Shown here in pieces: positions 55,159 to 64,000 of a stretch of 64,000 nucleotides of DNA. The translations under genes and the position numbers were made by a program. The number at the start of each line of letters is the position of its first letter. Position 1 is the stretch's first letter. Origin of the DNA: Lingula anatina (Eukaryota; Animalia; Brachiopoda). The stretch lies in the NCBI GenBank assembly GCA_051362555.1, contig CM120647.1:15662651-15726650 (forward strand), written 5' to 3'. A model generated the notes under the pieces. It did no database searches. It worked only from the letters and a program-made list of their open reading frames with translations, and had not been told where the DNA came from.

Positions 55159-56014
55159 TCAGCATCGCATCCAGCTCTTTCCGCCTAAGCTACGTCCCCC
55201 GCCCATTCCACCAAAGCCCATTCCACCAAAGGGGCCTGGAAGTCGCCCTCCTAGTCCAAGAGAGCGGGAGAAGTCAGCTGAAATGAATAAAGACGGCTTA
55301 CAATATATGTTCTGTCCTATATTTGTAAAATTAAATAAAGCTTACCCGTAAGTCGAAGTTTTATTGAGATTCTAGCTACTAGTATACGCAAACGTACGCC
55401 CCGAAGGTCTTAACAGGAATGAGTCAGTCACTCTCCTACATGCAAATATCTTAAAGACATCGGCGTGTGACATCATGAACAGCAACCAGGATATAGGTGA
55501 CAAAAAAAGACAAGGTGTCAAGAAACAACGTTCAAATACGTTTGGCTTTCCCAGAATCAAACGGATATGTCTTTTTAAGAGTGTTGAATGTGATGCAGTA
55601 GAGTACAGAAATTCGCATCCACACTTTCAGTTTTCACAGTCACGAGAAAAATTGTCTCGCCACCGTACTAAGTGCCACATGGTGGTTAAAATCTGCAGTA
55701 AAAGGCATCGGGTTATCTTTCTCTTATGTTATCAAATAGACCACAGTTACAAGAATTTACTCATATAAAAAATACTTACGTAGACAACAAAAGACAAAAC
55801 ACGCTCGTCGGTTCACTAGGTCACCCATGCATGGTTTTCCACCATTTTCCGGTGCCGGAGAGGAGCAAGTGCGCGTGCGTGAACAGGTGCACGAATTTAC
55901 GTTGCAGGCTGACCAGTCGGACCAGTTTGACCAACCGCCATCGGCTTAAAAGTGAATGGCATTATTACATGTAAAATAAAAGTCTTGACTTGAGGTTATT
56001 ATCAGATTGCCACG

Positions 56015-56067
<53 letters not shown>

Positions 56068-56769
56068 TCCTCTATTATTATTAAAATAATATTATGCGTT
56101 CTTTAAAATGTATTTAAATAATTGAAGAAAAAGCACTTTAAATATTCCAAATGGAATTATCCAACTCTGTTTTTTTTTGTTTTTTTTTCACATTGGACAT
56201 GATAATACTTCTTTATTCTTATTTTTATATTCACCATTTTTAGTATCATCATGCTATTACATGTACATGTATCGTTCTTATCACTTTAACCATTCTTGTT
56301 CTTATTCTTCTTACTATAATGGCCACCAGGTATGTTTGAACACCATATACAATCAGTCATTAACTTTCATATGTAGGCCCTACATGTAGGTTCTTACTAG
56401 GACATGGCTGTGTGTTACACATCTCCTCTTCAATACCACTTCCAACACAGTCTGCGCCGCCATTGGCTGGAGCGGGGTTGCTGCACTGCCTAGTGCGCGT
56501 GCGCTGACCTCCTCCACAGGTGGCGCTGCATGCTGACCATGAGCAACACCAGTCTCCCCATTGGCCGTCAACTGTAAAAAATGTTAGAAAGTTAGACATG
56601 CATGTACGTTGACATCATTTCAGCAATGAACATACGTTTTGGTTAGGGTTAATTTTAATTACAGTTGTGTCGCCATTTCTCTCTGTTTACTTTATTTATT
56701 TATTATTATCATTATTTATTTAATTTAATTTAATTTATTTATTTATTTATTTATTTATTTATTATTATA

Positions 56770-56823
<54 letters not shown>

Positions 56824-57050
56824 TTTGTACTCCAGGGTTGTAAAGTTCTGCGGGCCGAGGTGTGTGGGGGGTTTTGAGAATAAGATTTTGAGTATCTTTG
56901 TAAACTGTTTGCCGTTTCTCCCTGTCCACCATTACTTTTTCTTTAGCTAACATCAAGTACAGTACCGTGGGCGACTACATTTACTTGGAAATATTAAGCT
57001 GTCAACAGCTACCAGTAAAATCAGTCTGAGGTCCTATGCGCTCTCTATCC

Positions 57051-57089
<39 letters not shown>

Positions 57090-60000
57090 CGTGTGTGTGT
57101 AGATCTAGGAACTATGTCACACTTTTTTCAAATGACATTTTTTTATATACCTGTAAATCAAAGTGTAATCACTTACCGGGACAGCCCTGGTCGTTACAAG
57201 CCTGTATCTCAGCTGAGGGGCCCTGGCAAGGCTGTCCGTCACCGGCCACTGGGGGGCTGTTACAGCTGCGTGTGCGGATCTGTTCTCCGCCTCCACAGCT
57301 GCGAGAGCAGGCGCCAAAGGCAGACCAAGGGCCCCAGGCTCCGTCGACTGTAAATGACGGAATGTGAGAAGAACGTACAAACAAAGAAATTTTGAAGGTG
57401 ACAGGAAAATAGTGTTTTTTTTTCAGAACATCTCAAAATACGAAATGAATGAGGAGGAATTTAGACATTTGCATAAAGACTGAGGATATTTTTGAAATAA
57501 AAACACCAAATATGCAGTTTAAGATGCCCAGAAAAGAACAAAATCCACAAAAAAATTAAAACCGTTTATAAACCTATAGTTATTTGAGAAAAAATATTGT
57601 GATTTTGAGTATATATAACATTGTCAGCCTTGCTCACATGTACTAAAAAGAAAAAAAGGGGGGGTTGTACATGTACATTCAGTCTCGTGAATGATACAGT
57701 ATTAACCAAAGAGCAAGGGTTTGGGATTGGATGGCAAAACACTCTAATGCTAACACCAAAATTACGAAAGCAACATAACCGCCCTCTTTCACCCTACCCA
57801 CCTGGACAATTGTTAGTATTAAATTAAACAACCAGGATCATTTCCTCACCTGGGCAGGGATCACGATTACAGGACCGGATTGCCACCCTGGGCGTGCAGT
57901 CACAGCAGTCCATGGATCTCCGCTGAATACCCCCTCCGCATGGCGCGTCACAGGGACTCCAGTCACCCCACTTACAGTCCGCTAATAATGACATATATAA
58001 AAAGGATAATACAAAAAAAAATAATTAAATGCTTTGAATGAGACTGTAGGCGTGTTCCTGAATGTGAGACAAGGCGTTTCGACACCTTGCCAAATAGTTT
58101 TCACCACGCGAACAAAGTAGGTTTTTCGTATTTCACATTGCACTTTGTTGTTTTCTATACCTATTTTATATTTCTGCATTCATTAATCGAGCATATGGGT
58201 ACAATTTTCTGAATTTACACAAAAGACGGTCTTGAACAAATATGGCAAGTTTTGCCAAAATGATTTGATCACGCGACTAAATGAGGCCTTTCGTATTTGG
58301 TAATCGTACTTTGCTGTTGCCTGAAACTCCCTGTATTCATAGACCCGATTTCCATCAAACTTTTTTGTGAAGTTATGAAAACACCTGACCCCCCTGAGCC
58401 AATATGGTGAAAGCATAAACAGACTTACCTTCTGCTGGTGTCGTAGCTGTAGTTGTCGTGTCAATATCTAGACAGAAAAGACGTTCGATTTTAATTTGTT
58501 CAAACCATTTCACTCTAAATTTGCAGTTTTATTATTTGCAATCAATCAAATATCTGTTAGTTATGATTAGGTGTATAAGATGACGATGTAGGCCTATAGT
58601 CTAATATACATGTACTGGTAATTTAAGACCTGTTCTTTCACCTTGGTATCATTTACAGAGATCATTAGATAGCCAGATAAGGAATACATAGACAAACAAT
58701 AATCAGCTACCGGTGTTACCATTACTACCATAATATTCCAACATTTATTTTTATAATGACTTTTTTTTTACAATTTACAGAAAACTTGCTTGTTTGAAGA
58801 TGAAAACTATTGGGTACCATGTAAGCACTTTGGATGGGAAACTTTCCGGTTTAAACAGACTCATTGACAACAATGTCATATACAACGGATTCCCCTGTGG
58901 TGCGGGATCCAATTTCTACATGTTCGCCCCGTCCTAAAGTTTGGCCCACTAACGTCACGTTAACCCTAACCTGTATGAATCCAAAAAAGGGACGTGTCTC
59001 TGTTACACACACTATCAGTTTCTTTTAGTTTCACAACTCACCAGCACAAGACGAGACACCTATGTTCTGCGCAATATCGACGAGTTCGGCGGTGCTTCCC
59101 ACGGAGAAGACATTCGCCTGTCGTCCTTGTGCTATCTCCAGGAGTTGGGCGTCATCTATACCGGGCCCAGCCCCTACAGCAAGAGACTTTACCCCGGAGA
59201 GGGCCATACGGCGCGCAGCCTCCGCGATTGTGATTTGTCCTGTGATACGTCAATATAAATGCAATAAATTAATCGATGATCAAAATAAAAACATAGATAG
59301 GACAAACAGGAACAATTGTATTTATAAGCTTTACTGTAAGAAGATGTGGTAAAATTCAAACTGTTTTTTTTTCTTTTTTTTTTTTTTTTTTAGATAATAT
59401 TGCCCACTTGTCCTGAAAAAACAAATATGTTTAGATTCTGTGTAAATGTCATTTTATTTAAAAGGTCTATGTGCTCGCTGAATCTAATATCATAAAAGTA
59501 TTTGAAAATTGCTAATATTTTTGTATCTCTAATCAATTATTCATGAGGCATTGACCTTCATTAGCCACTCCATCAGTCAGAACGATGGCGACTGCAGCGC
59601 TCCTGTCTCCTGGTGGCCGGGGACCGTAGACGGGGTTCGTAAGGGCCTCTCGACACAACTCCATCGCATCCGGTATATTCGTCCTTCCTTTGTAGAACGG
59701 CAATGCGGCGATCCGTGCATCCAGGGAGGCGAGGGACTGATCCACGTTGAAATCAAAGATTAGGGAGACGTTGGTAGCGAAAATGACGGCGGCGTAGCGG
59801 GCCTGTACGTCCTGGCCAAAACTGGCAATTTCTCGCATTAGCGCCATTACAAAGTTCTTCTCGTCTTGCAAACCGGCCTCCGTGAGACTATTAGAAGAAT
59901 CGATGGCGAAGCAAATATCTGGCTTACAGGCTGTTGTTTGAGTTGTGATCAAAATAAAGAAAAAAAAACATCGCTTGATATTTTGCATTTAAGTAGTTGT

Positions 60001-60332
60001 AGTACCTACGGTTGCAATCTACTTTATAACTCGGTACTTTGCACTATACACAAATCATATGATTTGAAAATGTCCCGACTGTTCTACACGTAGTTTTTTT
60101 TTTTTTTTTTTTTTACATCAAAATGTAATAGAAAGAGAGAAATAGAGAGAGAAATAGACAAAATAGACAGATACGCACATTCCAGCTGGGCGCGCACTGC
60201 CGCGGCAAACACATTCAAATCTGCCACCCTCTTCTGTCTTCGCTGCACAACATTGGCTGCAGCGCCATCTATCGTAACAGCCAAGACCGTCACCAGCAGA
60301 GCCGCGGTGGGCAACAGCAGGTTGACCTTCAT
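55159..60332 (-). CDS. Gene G: secreted propeptide(RRQKR)-VWA-Thr linker-4x TSR-Gly/Arg tail protein, ~508 aa
   Basis: Exons 60332-60179 ([39 protein letters not shown]...), 59930-59556 and 59239-59042 (VWA; DSSNS/GRTN/TDG), 58467-58429 ([13 protein letters not shown]), 57981-57850, 57347-57177, 56571-56398, 55944-55780 (TSRs), 55277-55159 ([39 protein letters not shown]). All introns are phase 1. Confidence 0.9.
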
Positions 60333-61229
60333 TTTTCCTTCTCTGTAGGATAATTGGAATGTCATAAAACGTTCATTTTCTCATATACTTTCAACGTTGT
60401 TTTATTTATTTTTTTTCATAGATACTTCAGGGTCAATCTAGTGTGTTCATCAACTTAGTTGATACATTATTGATGGGGATTAAAATGAGATTTTTAATCT
60501 ATGCCAAATGACGTAAGGCAATAATGGACAGCAAACAAGGCAACCATCACGTTCACAAGATTTAAATTTTTAATAAAAACATTAGCCATTGTTTCTGCAT
60601 CGCAAACAATACTGTGTATATCATTACACCAAACTGGCCAGGAAAAAAAAAGATTTTTATCATAACGTCGTAACCAGACGAAGGAAACAAGATGAAAACT
60701 CGGATAGCATATTTGTTTGATGCTCCTTAATCTATGGAGTATCTTTAACAGTTTACATGCATATTATTACGCCCAAGACTTCCAAATGACACCCCTAAAA
60801 TGTAATTTAGTAGCTAATCACCAAGTTACCTGTATTTAACAACTAGTCGTACCTTGTCCCACAGCGGGTTCCTCTAACGTTACCTACTATTACTGCGCAT
60901 CATTAATCATGCTTAATTTCGTGCCATTATCACAATGTGCATTAAATCAACCTATTAAGCATGCTTAGATTTTCAACTAGGACTGAGACAGATAGCAGTT
61001 AAACACATAAAGATGCTGTTGCATATCCTGGAGTCTTGCGCTAAATCTACTCGGGTTATCTCACCCAAGCAAATGTATTTTTCTATTTTCCGAGAAAGGT
61101 GCTCGACCCGTTCCTGTAAATGAATTCGGTCTTTTACACCATTTCTAATTACATAAAGTAGATCTTGGTCAGCCTTTTTGAAAGTAATGGTTTATCTTCA
61201 TCTCAAAGTTAATGTTTTTTTAATGTAAT

Positions 61230-61264
<35 letters not shown>

Positions 61265-62050
61265 AGTTTCAACTAATTGGGAAACATAAGTCTCTTACAG
61301 GATATATGGGCATAAAACAATACATCATGCCATTTTAAGTCATGTACAGCAGACCTTCAATGGCGAACTAATGTAGGACATTCGTTTTACTAAACTTTTG
61401 CAAATACGCCCAGAAATAAAGAAATAATCTACGAATCAATGTAATTTGCTAAAGGTAATGTGTTTATAACATTTATGATGTCTATTTTGCCCTTAATTTA
61501 TGAATTTTGTGTCTAAGTAGATGTAACCTGCATTGCGCTGTTAAGTGTAGTGACTTCTAAACTATAACGCTAACTGTGCTCATTTGTGTCCCCTGGTATT
61601 AATTTTTAGCAAATAATTTTTTTTAATGTGTATACTGCAGTTTGAACACAGGCGTATACAGCAATTGCAAAATTGAACGATCGCATACCAAATACAATAT
61701 TACTTTTTGTTAGTAGGAATGAAATTTGGGATACTTCCCAACAGAGTCACTGGATCTCTCTAAGGAACAACAAAAATGATCATCTAATCATGATCACTGA
61801 TAAACTGCAATTCAAACACTGAGAAAATGCCCCCTATCATGCACTTGTATGCATGTGCGAATAAACGTGCACTGCATACAAATGAATTTTCATTTTAAAC
61901 TTGCCGATAAACTACATGTACAACAACACAATGTGAACATAGAGAGTGTGCAAATGACAATCCAAACATTGTGCAAATGACAATCCAAACATTCGATTCT
62001 CTAGTGCCTTTATCTGAATGGATTCACCACAGTTAGAAATGAACACTTAC

Positions 62051-62175
62051 CTTAATCGTCAGGACAGGACTTTTCTTCTATGACTGCAAAGAAAGTAACT
62101 CAACCGCTGTTTTAATAGTGCTAGCAATAAAAAGTGTTTCACATATTAAGATGTGATTAAAGCCTTAAATGACGC
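62051..62175 (-). promoter_or_regulatory. Putative core promoter and non-coding exon 1 of gene G
   Basis: Paralogous to the E and F blocks: TTTTATTGCTAG, CTATTAAAA, TGCAGTCATAGAAGAAA, donor AAG|GTAAGT at 62051/62050. Confidence 0.6.
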
Positions 62176-63019
62176 TTGGGGAACATTAGGGACCATAAAT
62201 ACTGTCTCAATGACATCTTTAAAATAATCCCCAAAATATTCGTTTTACTAGAAATATTGTACACGCGTTTAAAAGTATCCCAGAGACATATTTTATATCT
62301 AAAATGAATCTTTGATCTTATATCTTTGTAATATCGAAAAGACTGTTGACTATTAAAAAAAAACAAGTATGGAAACTTATACGATTACAGTAGAAATGGC
62401 ACAAAACATTTCATTCAAGTGCAGGGGCGGTCAACCAACGATTTGCGAGTAGGAGGAAATAGGATTTTGTTTTTTTTTTTTTCTTTTGATGTCTCTGGAC
62501 GTAGTCATTTTTTATGATTCATACCAAACAGGAGATCCATGAGTACCAACAGGGTGTGTTATATACTCTTCTTCATGGTTGTAAAACAATTCAAAGTGTG
62601 ATGCTTATAAAAGAACTAATTAAGACATGAATAAAGGTAATGAGATTATTCAGTCCCTAAGTATTGTTGACTGTAGATCCTTCCAAGAATAGGGTGATTT
62701 TTTCCCCTCAATGGGCGCTGGATGTGGATTTCACCCAAGGCTGCGGTGACAGTAACCCTACTGCTGTGCTTAGTATGGATCGCAGTAAATGCTGTCTCAA
62801 AAATGACCATGTTATTTCAGACTCCATTCTTGACGCGGTCTACGTGGGTCGATCCCACTCTGCAGGGACTCTCGTTAAGTGCAATGAGTTGGGTCGATCC
62901 AAGCAGACCAATGGGAATATAGGCTTATTAGCATTTAATGTCCTTACGCTTGGTGAACTTCAGGGCAAATAAATGCACCCCATCATCTTTTTAATGACTG
63001 CGCATAACGCCTGTACTAT

Positions 63020-63330
63020 AGGCCCCTGTCACACGAATGCGGCCGTATTTAGTGGGCGGATCAGTAGGTACTCGGATCATCCATCCTGAATGGGGCCTAA
63101 GACAATTCCAATACGCTACTTTACGCTCACAATTGCGAAAATGTTCAATTCATTCGACTGATATATTATGTGACGCACATCCGTCGAATGAATAACGGAT
63201 TCAACGCATCCTATCCGGATTCAACGCATCCTATCCGTAGGCAATACTCTTGCCGAGCGTATTCCGGATGCACCCGACGGATGCCGACGAATGCGAACCG
63301 TATTACGTTGGTATTCATATTATATCTGTG
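63020..63330. mobile_element. Left part of another Harbinger-like MITE
   Basis: Begins aggcccctGTCACAC, like the element at 2348. Interior has GGAT/ATCC/GAATGCG motif repeats and a tandem cggattcaacgcatcctatc. Right end not located. Confidence 0.45.
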
Positions 63331-63333
63331 CTG

Positions 63334-63496
63334 TATATCCAAATTCCACCTCTGATGTTTATTTCGGTCCTCTCCACAATCCAATTCAGGAAATGACGTA
63401 ACCGCAGAGGTCGTATTGTCCAATGGCATGGCTTCTTTTTCTTAATTGGAGGTTAGAGTGGACCGAAATAAACATCAGAGTTGGAATTTGGATATA
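63334..63496. mobile_element. Short fold-back MITE with 36-bp near-perfect inverted repeats
   Basis: tatatccaaattccacctctgatgtttatttcggtc (63334-63369) vs the reverse complement of 63461-63496: 35/36 identical, with TA at both ends. Confidence 0.75.
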
Positions 63497-64000
63497 CGGT
63501 TTGATTGTGCGTATGCCATGCACGGAATTTGCAAACGAGCGACAGGATGATGTAGCCTGCAGTATTTGCGGTAAGCGTGCCAAGTTTTAGGCCGCTCCGA
63601 TGCCCGGCAGTATTTTATTTCGATTATTCTGTTTAAAATTGTTTAGTCTTGTTTCACAAGCTTACTCTATTCTATTGTCTCTATGGAGGTATATGGGGAC
63701 TTTACGACATTCGGTTTTAAGGCTTTAACCACTTGTTATAGTTTATTTTTGCATTGTATTGGATTAATGTGGCAGTCCAAGGTTGTCCTAGGTGGTTTCC
63801 AAGTTTATGCACCCGGTTTTTATATCATTTAGCGATTTTACGACAATCGTTTACTATCCAATCAAGGTGACAGACGAGAGTGTAATAGCTCGTGTCAGAA
63901 CTTCAGTTTATAACTTCACAGTACGTGCATTCATCAAATGGTTTTCCTTTGGCCGAAATCATAACCATAACCACATAAATTACAGTAAGTGCACAGATCT

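Noticed and set aside
10566-60332. Horizontal transfer or contamination from an apicomplexan (TRAP/MIC2-like VWA+TSR)
   Set aside because: There is no transmembrane or acidic cytoplasmic tail. The phase-1 domain-per-exon structure and CR1/L2 LINE and MITE content are typical of a metazoan genome. Only the architecture is similar.
62664-62972. 102-aa and 66-aa ORFs upstream of gene G
   Set aside because: No recognisable domain, no convincing splice-site context, and no similarity to the cluster genes.

Overview
This is AT-rich, microsatellite- and MITE-rich animal genomic DNA with spliceosomal GT-AG introns. It is probably from a marine invertebrate such as a mollusc, but the taxon cannot be established from the sequence alone. 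All gene models below come from hand-splicing, and many exons are absent from the ORF track. The window holds a cluster of six paralogous secreted-protein genes built from phase-1 exons (signal peptide, VWA domain, Thr-rich linker, Cys-enriched thrombospondin type-1 repeats (TSR), short tail). Three are on + (B, C, D) and three on - (E, F, G), converging tail-to-tail near 41-42 kb. Architectures: B = VWA-4xTSR; C = VWA lacking the MIDAS Thr loop, TSR, new 8-Cys module, TSR, Gly-rich stretch, second 8-Cys module; D = VWA-5xTSR; G = furin propeptide-VWA-4xTSR; F = 3xTSR only; E = 2xTSR only. Four of them end in a W-x-x-C-stop terminus. An unrelated Cys-rich precursor-like gene (A, - strand, 3.0-6.4 kb) has two furin-type sites, and its stop codon is supplied by a Harbinger-like MITE. 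Other content: DNA-transposon MITEs with datable empty sites, LINE 3' fragments, a 34-bp minisatellite and an orphan pseudo-exon. No database searches were possible, so novelty claims are provisional.
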